Source of the DNA: Fimbriosthenelais zetlandica
Taxonomy: Eukaryota
Direction: 5' to 3'
NCBI GenBank assembly: GCA_977030845.1
Contig: OZ365118.1
Location: forward strand, 17,484,001-17,548,000
Length of the DNA stretch: 64,000 nt
The translations under genes were made by a program, and so were the position numbers. Each line of letters begins with the position of its first letter. Positions within the stretch are counted from its first letter, which is position 1. Shown here piece after piece: positions 13,955-27,017 of the stretch. The notes below the pieces were generated by a model. It was not told the DNA's origin. It saw only the letters and a program-made list of their open reading frames with translations, and did not search any database.

Positions 13955-14060
13955 CAACCTACAGGCTTGCCCAAAAGTGTCGCAATATTTTCCCTGTAGA
14001 ATATTAATTTTCATGTCCCACAACCTACAGAGTTGCCCAGAAATGTCACAACAATTTCTC
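13955..14060. repeat. Imperfect direct repeat, period 66 bp (CAACCTACAG..TTGCCCA.AA.TGTC.CAA)
   Basis: Two diverged copies start at 13955 and 14021; possibly a decayed TE subterminal repeat. Confidence 0.6.
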
Positions 14061-15438
14061 TGCCGAACATTTCTATTCGTGTCAAACAAGCCCAAAATCT
14101 TACCCAATTTTGGCCTACTCGGCAAAATATTTCTTTGTAAAAATCATTCCCACAAGAAATATGGGAAAATCTGATACCGAGTTACAACAAATTCACGATG
14201 ATCAATTCCCAGTTATCAGCTTGGCTCAAAGGCGAGGTACTAGATCACGTTTCTAAGATCTAATTCTGGTGATTTTCTTGTAATCTCTATAAATGAGGGT
14301 GGACTTCTTCTCATTTTGAGTGATTTTCTTTCATCTCGTAGACTCATGGACGCCCACGTAGATTCAGGTGAAGTTAACCACGTACATTGAAGTCATCAAA
14401 GACCAATTACCTGGCCATGGTGCTTCCATGCTGCAATGACTCACCAAAAGTTGACTGCAGATCACTTGTGGAATTTTTAATGGGCCTCACGGGAGAGTAT
14501 GGGGGAGGAGGGCGGGGGGATTATGGTGGCAGGAGGGGAGGTGGAAAGATAGATGGGGGAAATAAAAGGAAAAGGAATAGATAAAGAGGAAGAGAAGAAA
14601 GAGTAAAGACATTCGCAGTAAGAGTTACATATTAAAAGTCCATTACTTTTCAGACACTGGCACTGTTCATAAAAGTCTGTTTGTCCTGTTTGGAACCAGG
14701 CATGGCTAAGGACAATGTGACTAGCGAAACCAAAACTGGTTAGCAGCACATCAAATATGCCCCAAACCTGCAGCATCCCATGTAAGGAAGTAAATGAGAG
14801 GCGGTAACAATGTTAGTTTGATTCTATCAGCAACCAGTAACGGGTGGATTAAACCAGTTTAGGGTGGTTAGCACATGCCGGTTTTGCCAACACCGTCCTT
14901 CCCCATGCCAACAATTTATGCCAATTTACCAGTGTAGCACAGCATTGAGTATGCGGCAATGGTGGTGGGGGCTTTCCACAGAAAAGCTCTCTCATTGGTT
15001 GTGCTGGGCCTTGTATCCATGGAGATGCAGTTGTTCTCCATGTTTGGTTTTAGTACTGGAAATGAATCCAACAGCAGCTTTGAGCAAAAATGGCAGAGGC
15101 AATGGATTCTCTCTTCTTATACGGCGAGGGATCGAAATGGATCCATTTCCGCTTCCTGTCACACAAAAGTGGGGGTGTTAGGTTTTGGAGTCAGGGAGTG
15201 AATGGCAGGGAGCCTACCAGGGATTCACGGCAGCTTCTCATCGGGAAATCACTGGCTTTTCAACTGGCTGATCAGAGGCTATGGGATGGGAGACAGTCGG
15301 TGAATAGATATCAGACATTCAGGCTTATTTCTTAAACAATCTAATCCGGGAAAGTTGTTTTCAGTTCAATATTAGGGCCTAGTCAGTGTATAGGTATAAA
15401 ATGACGCAGGGAGGTTTTATTTCTTGGTCTGCTAGTCC

Positions 15439-15452
15439 ATTGCCATGGTAAC
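15439..15452. promoter_or_regulatory. RFX X-box-like site ATTGCCATGGTAAC
   Basis: 12/14 match to the palindrome GTTGCCATGGCAAC; motif match only. Confidence 0.3.
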
Positions 15453-16965
15453 GGGAGATTATTTCAAGTCATCACTCTCCATTCAGTGATAATGATAATT
15501 TATGGAGTACGCTTACAATCGTTTATCCAGAGCGCTCCTCATTTTAAAATTGACATCTTGTCAACAGAGAAATGAAAAATAAAGTATGGAATTAAAACTT
15601 TCCACAGAAGGGCTTCTCATTCTTTGTATTTTCCACTTCCATTCAATTAATTATACAAATTGACTTCACAATCTTGTTACTGCTTGGCAGATTTCCATAT
15701 TTCTCTAAAATACGGGGATTATGAAGGAAATAGCTCGCTCCACAGCCACTAATGTTTCAAGACATTGTAACAAGACTTTTGTTCACAAAACCCAATGTAG
15801 GTTTCAATCAAGCAATGTAACAGTGCGCTCCTCTAAAAATTAATAACATTTGGACTTTCTGGATGACATCAAACAGAAATAAAGTCTTTTGTACAACAAA
15901 AACACAGTTCTGTGTACAGGAAAAGGCAGTTGTTCAGATTCCCAGTAGCCGTTGAATTTAAGAGGCCAGGCTTGAATACTTTTGAAAGCCTTCTGGATAC
16001 ATACTTTTTGAGCAAGGTGCTTAAATGATCAAAAAGTTGAGTCTATCATTATGAAGATAAGCATCGTCATTGGTGGTAATCGCCTAATAACTATAAGCCA
16101 CTTTATATACAGGGCTTATATATCAATGCGGATTACATCTGAAAACTTCCAAGGTGAAATATGATTCCCGAAGCCTCATAAAATCCTTTAATTTTCTCAA
16201 GGAGGAAATGAATATTATCAAGAAGGAAATTCTTCACCAGGGAGAGGCTGGCGTCCACTCCTTTAATCTAGGATATTAAAAGACTTTATCAAGGCCGAGG
16301 ACTGCAGGACAGAAGCATCTAGTTTTAATTTCCGTCTGAAATTTGTTGTTGTAATCGAATCTGTCTCAGGGTATAGGGGAAACCATAGAGTTGGGCTGAT
16401 CCTGATACATAGTGATCGGGAAAGGCTCAGTCTGTCTGGCTGGGTCTCTATTTTCTCACCTAGTTCAACTGGCAAGGTGTGATAATGTGGCCTGGGCATC
16501 CATGACACTTTACCTGGGCGCAAATGAATTCTTTTGATAGCTTTGTTGAAATTTGAACTGCTCGAGCCAGAATTCTGCACCAGTCATGATTGAAAAGAAA
16601 AAGTGGAAGGGTAATGTTTCATAAAATATTGCTTGTCAATGCGTTATGAAACGCGATTGTAAGATGAGATTGAATTTTTTATAAATCTGTTTAGACGAAT
16701 AAATTGAAGAGGATGGTGAGTAACAGGTTAAGAAGGATGAAGTCAAGATGACGATAAGAGTAGCGAAAAACAAGTCGAGAGTTACAAAACCTGAAAGAAG
16801 AATATAAGAAGGAATCAAATGTCAGCTAGTTACAAGCAGATTGTAGAAAAAGCGGACAAGCGATGATGATGCATTACCTTTCATCCACCCATCCTTCTCC
16901 TGGTAATTTCTGATGCAAAATTCAACCTTCATCTAACTGATGAAATTTGAGGCAAATTTGATTAC

Positions 16966-17060
16966 AAAATGGCGCTACATAATTAATGTAATTTATCACC
17001 GTCCGTAAGCCGCCGTGGGCGGGGTGGTGGCGCTGGCTGCCGGTCTCAGCGGACCCGCTA
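16966..17060. promoter_or_regulatory. CpG-rich element with YY1-like AAAATGGCG and GC box (GGGCGG)
   Basis: Motif matches in a locally CpG-rich patch; function untested. Confidence 0.25.
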
Positions 17061-17177
17061 CTCTAATGATCCTGACACTGTACATGTGTGACATTGTTAT
17101 CTATATACCTACTCTACAATAAGGAGAGGGGTTGAGGGTGGGTGGGGGAGGGGTGGAATGGATTGGGATACAGGCTG

Positions 17178-17240
17178 GGGCCGTGGGCCAGGCATTTCAG
17201 TGACCTGCTTGATGCTGAAGGACCCGGGTTCAATTCCCCA
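17178..17240 (+). mobile_element. Degenerate tRNA-derived SINE head
   Basis: B-box/T-arm-like GACCCGGGTTCAATTCCCC at 17221-17239 with a weak A-box-like GGCCGTGGGCCAGG upstream; no full cloverleaf. Confidence 0.35.
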
Positions 17241-19906
17241 AGCATTCTCAATTTTACTTAAAGAAGTCATCCAAAATCCTGATTACAGATCGAATGGAGA
17301 GATAGCAACTTGGCCCACTTATCTCAGGTTTCAGGTACCCGACATATTTCTAGAGTCAGGCATGTCCCATTATTCTTCCCTGGACCAAGTCCTGGTTCCT
17401 ACACTCCGCCTCATACATAGATCTATAGGTTATATGATGTAGTAGGCCTATACTACAATCTATTGGGATTGTATTAGTTTTTATGTTTCTCTCTGGCTCT
17501 CGTTAGTGGGGCATGAATGCTCGCTGGCCCACACCTCAGCTCGCTCAATACACATCCATCTCCGGCGGCTGGTAGAGATAGTAGCTTAAAGTATAGCAAC
17601 TAGCCTGGTATACACGCCCATTAACTACACCTATAGACACCCCTAATATGTTATAGGAAAGGTTAAGTCACTTGCTGTAAAGATATATGTACAAAAAGGG
17701 GAACATTGCATATAGAATTAAAGTCAATATAGCTATGTATATGACCATATCCCCTCTCCCTCCTCTCTTCAACCATCTCCCTTCACTTCTTGTGAATATT
17801 ATCCTCTCTTCCCTGAGCCTGCGCACCTCCACCCCTCTTCCCTGATCTCTCCTTTCTTCTCCTACCCACCAGAGAGTTTATTCACTCTTTCTATCCCCTG
17901 TCCCCATCGTCCTCCCTTTAACTCTCCTCCTCTCTCTTCCCATCTTCCCTTCCCCTGTCCTTCCCTCAGCAGCTCTTCCCCCTGATCCGCCCACATGTAT
18001 ATGTAAGCCTCTGATCAATGAGGTGAGGCTGGGCTGTGATCAGGTGATTAATTAATGCCTGGTGTGGAGGAGTAAAGTCAGGCTGGCTACAACGGACACT
18101 TACCACCAGCCCACATTCTCTCCTCCTGGCTTCCTCCCACTCTCATTCTCTCTCCCTCTCTATTCCCCCTTTTGCTCTCACTGGAAAGTCTTCATTTCTT
18201 TCTCCCTGTCAGGTCGTACATATTTCATTTTGATTTCTATCTCTCATTACAAAAATTATGACATAGATTGTAATCTATATTGCAATTCATTACTCCAGTA
18301 CATATAATCGTACACCACTTTTCCACTACTTCCTTTTATAAGATTGACATTCCAAAGAAACTGAGGAATACTATGATTAAAAGTCTAAAGGTTGGCAGAT
18401 ACTCTCTCAAGATTAATTGAGAAGGAAGTGGATGGTTGTTTATCAGAGCGTGGCTTGTCAATTACACGTTAAATTCCCGGTGTAATATGACGGGAGGAGC
18501 AGACTGATAGTAAAGTCACTTGTACATCTCCTGGGTGCTCAGTCTGTAGCTATCAACTCTAGACTGCTGCTCAGGCAGGAGGACTGTCCCCAAAAAGGCC
18601 CATGATTAGACCCCAAGGTATATATGTACAGTAGTCTGTTCTTAGCTCAGAGAAAAAGCGGAAAGAGTTGGCCAGTCTGGTTTGATTCAGGAGGGACCTG
18701 AGGTGGAGGGAGGTGGAAGGGAGGAGACAGAGATGGAGTTGAGAGAGGATGGAAAAGGTGGGACTGGGGATTAAAAGATGATTTAATGGGTAAACACGTG
18801 TATGAATTCATTCATGTATAAAACTGACTTCGTCACAACTTATTTAAATGTTCATTCATCCATATTCATCCATCTATCTATCCATCCATCTCACTCTCCA
18901 TCAATCATAAGTCACAAAGTTATCATCAAAGTTATTATCAACAGTATATTAATTAGGTTCCTTAATGATCAAACTAGAGCTCAAATTATACTATATATAT
19001 ACAGAGAGGAGTTCCCATACTAGAGATTCGGTATTTTAATCCTATTCCCTCTCATTAGCTCCTCACATAAAAATGTAGTCGGAGAGTGGCAGATACAGAA
19101 GTAAAATAGATTAATTGAGTGATAGGGTTAAGGTTTTGAGAGACCGGTGGGAATTAGCTGAACTATGAGGATGTATAAATAAAGATGATGAAGAGAAGCA
19201 TCGGGGACTAGTAGTAAACCCCCACGGGGACCAAGTCTGGTTTTAAAAAACTGGCTTCGAACAACCAGAGCCGATGAGAAAATGACTGGATGCTGATCCC
19301 TTTTTAATTGAGCAGTGATTTTTGTTTCCAGCTCAGACTGATTTTTTCCTACTTGCTATACATGGTAAAAGACAGATATATCATTCAAGATGGGTAATAG
19401 TGTTTACAGCTACGGCCCAATGGTCTGCATGCTAAAAGAAAATCGGTAATCTTTATATCGCATGATATTATATGGAGAAAAAGGCCAGGAGCAATTGTTA
19501 TCCCATGGTGATTCAGCTATATTCTGCTTACTTTTGGCCGCGGACACACTCGGCCATCAGTCATGCACCAATCGGTTGACCAACCATCTATGGTCTGTCA
19601 ATGTATGTGTTGCACCTGAGGCATCTAGACCTTTTATAGTTCAGGGCACGGCATACAACAATTTCGCTTATATGAAGAAACAAGACCAAAGCAGTTACCC
19701 TATCGGCATGGCGGAGGATCGCCTCGAAGCCACGGTAGGCCTAATAGATTTGCAGAGTAAAGTCTTCTATTTTAAGGTGTTTTTTTAAGCCCAGGGGTTG
19801 TTCTGGGAACCAGATGGGATAGGTGAGACATTCTGTCGTCTGGACTAACATGTTCAATCTCTCTCCCTTCGCTCCCTTCTCCCTCCATCCCCTCTCTTAT
19901 ACTACC

Positions 19907-19910
<4 letters not shown>

Positions 19911-19962
<52 letters not shown>
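19911..19962. repeat. (CT)n microsatellite in a longer polypyrimidine tract
   Basis: Directly visible. Confidence 0.97.
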
Positions 19963-19965
<3 letters not shown>

Positions 19966-21983
19966 TCCCATCTCTCCCCTCCATCCTCCCATCTCCAGAT
20001 TGATGGCTGTGAGTTGTAGAGACATCGCTGAGGCAACAGCTTGAATTAGAAACACAATATGTTAGTGGGGGTCGTGGTTGGGATGGGGAGGACTGGGCGG
20101 GGGTGGGGGTGGTTTGGAGGGAGTGTCTGGGATCAGGTGCGGTCTTGTCATTCCCCCTCCCGCCGGCTGCGGCAACTCCCCACAAGACCTATCTCCAGGC
20201 CTCCCCTACAACTTCATTTTTCCTCCCCTATTCCCTCCAGTTTCCCCTTTTTCAAGCTCTTCAATCCCAGTACAAATCATCCGTAATTTCATGTCCTTCC
20301 TTCTTGCTTTCTCTCTTCATCTACCTTACCTACTCTCCTTCCCCTTTCTTCACAAGTTTACCTTTCTTCTCAATACCCTTCCTTCTGCTCATCCCCACAT
20401 CCCTGCCAGGATGCACAACTCTGGCTGTTCCCACGTATTCTCATCTCATTTTTGTTCAATCTTTGCCCATCGCCGTCACTGTGCCTCATCCTATCTCAGC
20501 ATTCCGATATCGCTTCCAGAAGCAAAGGGAAATATTCATGTGCAGTCACAATTCACGCCACATCAAAGGCTCATGTGACAGCTGGAAATGTTTATCTGCT
20601 GCCCGGGCATCTGTATCGTCTTCCCACAATCTAGGAAATAGCCGCGCGCTTTTGTTCTTACTATCCTATCCTGCTTTAATTTATGAGATTTTAAAAAATA
20701 CATGAGCTCATGAGAACTGAGGTACAGTGTCCTCTACATATTGTATAGCCTGATGCTTTAGATCTGTAATGCTCATGCTCAGGAGAACTTTTTGCCTAAA
20801 TTCTTCCCAGAGAAACTTCTGAATTTTAATATGATAATTCCAATGAGAGAGTATATTGCTTAGCTGTCTGGAAATACTTTAGTTCATATGAATTTTCATA
20901 TTGGAAAATCTTATTTGGGAGTATCATTATTTTTATATGAATATGACAAATATAAATGATATTATAATCGAATTTTGAGTTAGTGTATAGTGCTACGTTG
21001 TACGGGCATAGCCCATAATTCATATCAAATCCCACATGAAAGATGCCTCCTAAATGGGAATAGGAGGCAAAGAGTTTGAAGAATAGAGTTTGAACTAATT
21101 ATTTTTGGAATGTCTCAAAATGGCAGTAGAGGTGAGGTGGGGGTATGTGACAGGACCTGTTCAGCCGGTCCATGCCACCACTTGATGTCACATATAGTTA
21201 ATTTATAGGACATGAAGCGCCCCCAGGGCCCGCCTCAGACACTATGTCTCTGCAGAGCGCCGGTGCTGCTATGGAAGCAGTCTAAACTTTAATACATATC
21301 TGTCAAACTGGGCTAGAGAATGTCCCCCGTTCTTCTCCAGCCCTGCCCTGGCCTGTCACTGGCTAGTCCTTTATAGGAGTTACATTGTCTTGCTTGTGTT
21401 GGGTGGAGTTAGTGATGTAGGTGGGTTGGGGGTCCAGGCCTGGGGAGTTCTCACTCAGAATAAGACCTTGATGCACTGACTAGAAGACCAAGTTCATTGA
21501 ACTGCTGTCAAAGATGAGTTTTTAAACTTTGGATTGAATACTTTTGATAATGAATTGCGGTCAATGGCAGCCACAAACCTGTGGATGATCTGTTCATTCT
21601 AATGACAAAAGTCAATGGTTTTGGAAGAGGTCACCGAAGACCTCCATGACCAATATGCCACTGGCTGCACTTTCACTTCTGAAGCTTAAAGCGGCAGTAA
21701 AAGTTTTTTTAGCGAGGTCATTATGCCATGAGGACCTAATAAGCCAATGACGAGGGTTAGACTGCAATTTCATGGTGTGCCTAGCTTAATTTCCACTTTA
21801 AGTCATCTCTGCTGTCCCAGACACCACTGGTCCCATCAGGAGACCAACTCCCAGCCTGGGCAGGCGAGCTTCAGCAGGCAAAACCCAGTCCCCAAACAAG
21901 CCCTATCTCTGCCACGCCACCTGCCCCAGCTAAAGCTCACCATTCATTCTCCATCCGCCACCAGGAGGTGTTAATCCCCGCAG

Positions 21984-22033
21984 AGCCACCTGGCGGATTT
22001 ATCAAGGACTGAGAGCAAGCGCCATCTGGCGAC
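21984..22033 (-). promoter_or_regulatory. Two tandem CTCF-like motifs (CCGCCAGGTGGCT, TCGCCAGATGGCG)
   Basis: Each matches 12/13 of core CCRCYAGRKGGCR; same orientation, ~35 bp apart. Confidence 0.4.
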
Positions 22034-23815
22034 ATTGGCCACTGCTCATACTAATACAGCGCTGCCTGCCATATGACTGGGTCACTAATAGTCCCACTCA
22101 CCGCCTGGTGGTAAGCAGTAAACTACTGCCAAACATTACCCACTGCTTGGTGTGGAAGAGGTCGCCAGGGCAGCTTAATACGGGAAACCACCAGAAAAAT
22201 AACCATAAAGGCGATGTAAGCAGGGGTGGAAAAAACAGATTGCCACTTCTTTTACCGGGGCAAGAAAGCAGAAACAGGGAGATATAGCACGAGGCAGTGG
22301 TTGGGCTGGCGGGGGAAGCAGCGAATAAATTGTACATAGAGAAAAAGCTATCACAAGGGAGGCAATGCTTTCCAGTGTAAATATGCCACTTTCCCCCCAT
22401 CAGGCAACCTTCACAGACCTCTCGCTCCAAGACTCATCACCCTTAATTTCCTGGATGAAACCTCTCAACATAACCAGCAAATAAAACTCTCCTTCAAATC
22501 ACCTCCAGTTGAGAATGGATGGAAGGGGAGGATGAATTTGCTTTATTTTTCTCTGTGGTCAGGGTGATTGGTGCATGTCGCCTGTTTGTCCACCCGTTTG
22601 CCGGCTGATTCGGGCGAGGAGATCGTCTCTAGCTGGGTGATAATAAGATATACACCAGCACAATAGTATTGCTCGGGCTAGCTCTGAATGGACATGGGGA
22701 GTGGCTCGGCGGGGGACGGGATACGTGGTCATCCCTCGGGCCAGCGTCTGGCCCATACAGGCAGATTGGATTAAAAGAAAACAGGCGGCCCAAGGTCTGC
22801 CTCCCTCTGCCTCGTATGAACCGTTAATTAGATGAAGGTAATTCCCGGCCCAAGCCTGCTGGGAGCCGCTGGCAGAAGACATTCACAGGGCTTGATTCAC
22901 GGGGCTTGGGCTCCCTTACAAACAGGCAGGACCGAGATTGTTTTCAGCCACAGCGCCACTGAGACAGGACTGACTGTCCCCTCAACTGAAATATCAGTCC
23001 ATATTGACTGTCTTTACAACGAGAGCTGAGCAGCAGAGATTCTCTATAGTTACACTGTGCCTTTAAAAGCAGGCAGTATGGTGAGGGTTCTGGTGGTGGA
23101 AGACTTGTTGACATTCAGGCATAAATAGCCCACTCTGCCTGGCATACACTTTATGGTGCAATGCACTATAGTCTGCCATACTTCAATTTAAAAGCTACCT
23201 TTAGCCAAATCGAAACTTAATGGATAAGTGGATGGGAATGATAGATTGGGCAGATAGCGCCTGGGCGGGCCAGTAATTCGCCTGTTGGACATATTTATGG
23301 CCACTTAGCTCCACTCAACATTTAGGGGTAAGATGGAGGAGAATGCGGCTCGGGGCTGTCTACTGCATGGAATGGGGCTCTAACAGCCCCGTGCATTGTC
23401 CCCTCATATCCCTGGTGCACATCCTATCTAAACAAAGTAAGAGGAGGGCCTGGTTTACAAATCTCACTTCTGCCTTCATGGGGCATCTTTCATTATTTGG
23501 ACCGGGACGCCTGATTGTATTTGCCTCAGAAGTGTTGTAACGGTGGATTGGTTCCTATAATCTATTCTGCAGGCAGAGGGGTGGGAATAGAGGCTGGAAA
23601 CACTGCAGTGGGCTTATACATACATGTATGTCTGACAAAGGTTATCTTAAATACGTCCCAATGCTATTCAGTATGATTCAGCTTTAATTTTTAAAGTTCT
23701 ATATATAACAATTCAATCTTGCCTGTGTTTGACAAAACATGGAGGAAAATTGTCTCAAAAGAAAACATTGAATGAGTTTAAAAGTCAAGCAAACATAAAC
23801 TATAATGAATTTTAC

Positions 23816-23894
23816 CTTTTTTTCAGGTTGAAGTAAACGTTCTGGATTATTACCACTGAGGCTGGCAGGAATTTATTAAGGTGCGTATCAATTT
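23816..23894 (-). CDS. Candidate 79-nt exon (xIDTHLNKFLPASVVIIQNVYFNLKK, phase 1-2)
   Basis: Very strong acceptor cattttcgtttttccttttttcag, donor AAG|gtaaaa; only one frame is open. Confidence 0.55.
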
Positions 23895-25978
23895 CTGAAA
23901 AAAGGAAAAACGAAAATGTAAATGATTCACTATAATTACAACTGATGCCTTTCGAACAGGCATAGGCATTCTAGTTAAGCAGGTAATTTATAAAGCTTCC
24001 ATTTGATGATTCCGTCTGACGTGCACACGCACGCATCGTGTGTGGACGGAACTTAATGATGGTGAAGTATATATGATAATGGAATGATGAAGACAAGGCT
24101 TATTGAACATTCATCCTTGTATAGTAAATGGATTATATATTCTATGGAGATAAAGGAGGGAAGTGAAAGGTGGTGATATACTGGTGAAAACCTCCATACA
24201 CTTCACAACCCCTCCACTGAGCGGGGTAGATAAACTAAACACTCCCTCCTAGATTAATGACCTATTCATTAGGTAATTAATCATTAATTCATTAATGATG
24301 AACTCCACATAATCACACGATATCCCCACCGTCCATATGAAGTCAATTAAAAGCTTAAAATCACTGCCACGAGCCTCATAATTAAAACTGAACTGCGATA
24401 TCTGAAAATGATAATTGCTGTCTTTTTCATCTTATTTGCTTCCGATTTTGTTGTACTGTTATATACCTCCTAATGTTATTTTATGATAATCAAGTTAGTA
24501 AGTATTAAATATAAAGATCCAGAGAATTTGTTTAAGAGCAGATAAGATAGAATTGCCAGAGTGGGAGATGACGGCAGATATTATCGCATGATATGGCTAA
24601 TACATATCGTCCCAATCTGCAGAATGGACTTTAGAGCAATAGATAATTTATAAATCTGACGGTTGAATAGTAGAAGGCAATGACTACAAAGACCCACATA
24701 TCAACTAGTTTTGCTCTTTGAAGGATGGGTTCAAGCAGAGATACATCCATTGCCCTTGCAGCATCATTTGCAGTCCATCACTAGTTAAATCTAGCCCCTG
24801 CCTATTCTTGCATCTAAAAACCAATATGTGTAGACTGTATAGCTGCTGAGGAAAGTGGGGGTGAAGAATCTTAGAATGGAAGAGCATGAGAAGGAGAGTA
24901 GGAAGAGAGGAGATGTATGGGAGTGGTGCATGCAGCTTATTTAGCCTAGATTGTGAGATAAAGTGGAGGTCGGGGTGAGGTGTGGCGTCGTGGAGGCATG
25001 AAGGAGCGCCCGAGTGGCACCCAGCCTGCACCCGCGACAGGCAGACCTGCCTCGCATGCTAGCAAACTCGCTCATACGAGATATTATTGATATCTTATTG
25101 ATACCTTGGCTAGTGAGGATGGCTGACCTTCCATAGCGATGAAGAATTCATCTGAGCCCGCTGATCTGAGCGGTGCGTGACTCAGGATGTATGGCGTCCG
25201 TCCATGGAGGGGTGGACTGGACGTTAGGCAATGATAGCAACCCACGGAAAAACATACAGCCCCAACACGTTTATCATCCCTACCAAAATAACCACCTGCT
25301 CATCACGGGAATCTTTCTCAGGCTTAAATCACTCAGAAAACTAGCCTGATCGAGCTGGGCTGGGTTAAAAAAAGAAAGTAGGATAGAGGGACTGGAGCTG
25401 TGGACCAGATGGAAGGAATTGCTGGTCAGGTGCCAGATGCAAGCGAGTCGCATCTATTATGAGCTGAGGTATAAAGCTTTGAGGGTACCGTATATTGTAT
25501 AAGAGCAAGGATGGATGATAATGAGGATTCATGTCTAGTTCTAGCCAAGGAAAACAGGGGATTGATGGTTCATACAGGGAATCAATGGATGGACGAGGCC
25601 TCGTGATGGGTGTGTATAAATTGGTATTTGTTTGATGGGAGTTATGATGGAAGACAAGGCTGGAGGCTCACACATAAAGAAGGTAGAAGGTAGGGGAGGT
25701 AGGCTGGATGTGGGCGTTTGTTACAGTAAACAAGGCAAGGAAGGGGAGGAAGAGAAAGAGAGAGTAGGTGGAGAGGAGAGAAGCGAGTGGAAATTCAAAT
25801 CGAAAGGCACTATAGTCAAGCCAGGTAGAAAAGGGAAAGCGGAGAATCACTCCAGCCGACCAAGAAAGAAAGGGGAAAGGTTGAAGAAGCCTTTAATATG
25901 AGGAGGCAGTATAAGAAGAAAATCTCTTCCGCCATGTTGAACTTTTCACCTCGCTACAGGAGGAAGATGAGCAAGTGA

Positions 25979-26038
25979 TTAACCCTGTCAATACCGAGAC
26001 AGATTTAATCATCCTGTCCTAACGGTGGACAGGGTTAA
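25979..26038. mobile_element. 52-bp piggyBac-like miniature element flanked by TTAA
   Basis: TTAA|CCCTGTC ... GACAGGG|TTAA: 7-bp inverted ends with CCC/GGG termini and TTAA on both sides. Confidence 0.45.
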
Positions 26039-26966
26039 ATAAGACCTGTCCTAATCGTCCTTCTCAAACCAGCAGTATCAAGCACTGAACACATCAACCC
26101 CGGGCTGCAGGATATGGAATGTATCCCACTAATGTGGAGCCTACACTCTTAAACCATTCAGGTAATTGCCAATGTACAACTGGGAGCTAACTCTCATTTG
26201 AAAAGTGTCATGGAGACATTGCACTCGTCCCCTGCTGGGAAGGTCTCAGCTCTGAGACCCGGAGCTGGAAAATGACTGAAACTCAGCGTGCAACTACCAC
26301 TAACAGCTAGTCATTTAGGGAAATGACTGGCAGATTCCAGTCAAAAGGAAATAACTGGTAATGATCGTTCAAAGGGCTGGGAATTCTCCAGTGTATTTCT
26401 CAAGTTATATGCAATTTTGACAAATGCATGGTAATATTTAAGCTTCCGGGTTAAATGTTAGTTAAGAGTTAAGGATGAATCAACGGGTGGGAACCAAAAC
26501 AAATGACCTTGTAAATGGCACTAGCTTTCAGACAGTCATCGATAAATTGTTCATGCCAAAAATCAAGTGAATTCCATCAAAAATGGGAACTAGGCCTAGG
26601 TAGAATATGCTTCATAGAAACCAGGAGTTCAGTCTTGTAGTAATATTCAGACTGACGACTATAGAGCTGAAGTTATGCCACTGATTGCTGGGTTTAGAGC
26701 AGCAATTTGAGCCTTGCTTTTAGAGTGTATGGGGAGTACTTTGCGGGGATGGACTGGTCTTGGATGAGGACATGGTGTATGGCTGACTAACATGCAACCA
26801 GATCATACAAGGGTTCCTTAAACCTTCCCCGCCTTATCATTCCCCGGGCCTCTACAATCAACCCCCCAGACAAATCTCATTCCTCGGCTATTCTTCCCAC
26901 AATGTTTATGATAATGTGTATGATATGTACAAATATTACTGGAGCTTTCAATCTTCGTCCACTCAC

Positions 26967-27017
26967 TCCAACAAGGGTCTGGAATGGTTTTCTGGAAGTT
27001 CTGGCATAACTCGATTG
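26967..27017 (-). CDS. Candidate 51-nt exon (xIELCQNFQKTIPDPCW, phase 1-1)
   Basis: Donor GGA|gtgagt, moderate acceptor gactttaaatttag; C/G-rich third positions in this frame; joins exon 23816-23894 in frame. Confidence 0.45.

Noticed and set aside
20078-20705. 166-aa and 200-aa ORFs
   Set aside because: They overlap G-runs and a polypyrimidine tract, lack stops for compositional reasons and show no domain.
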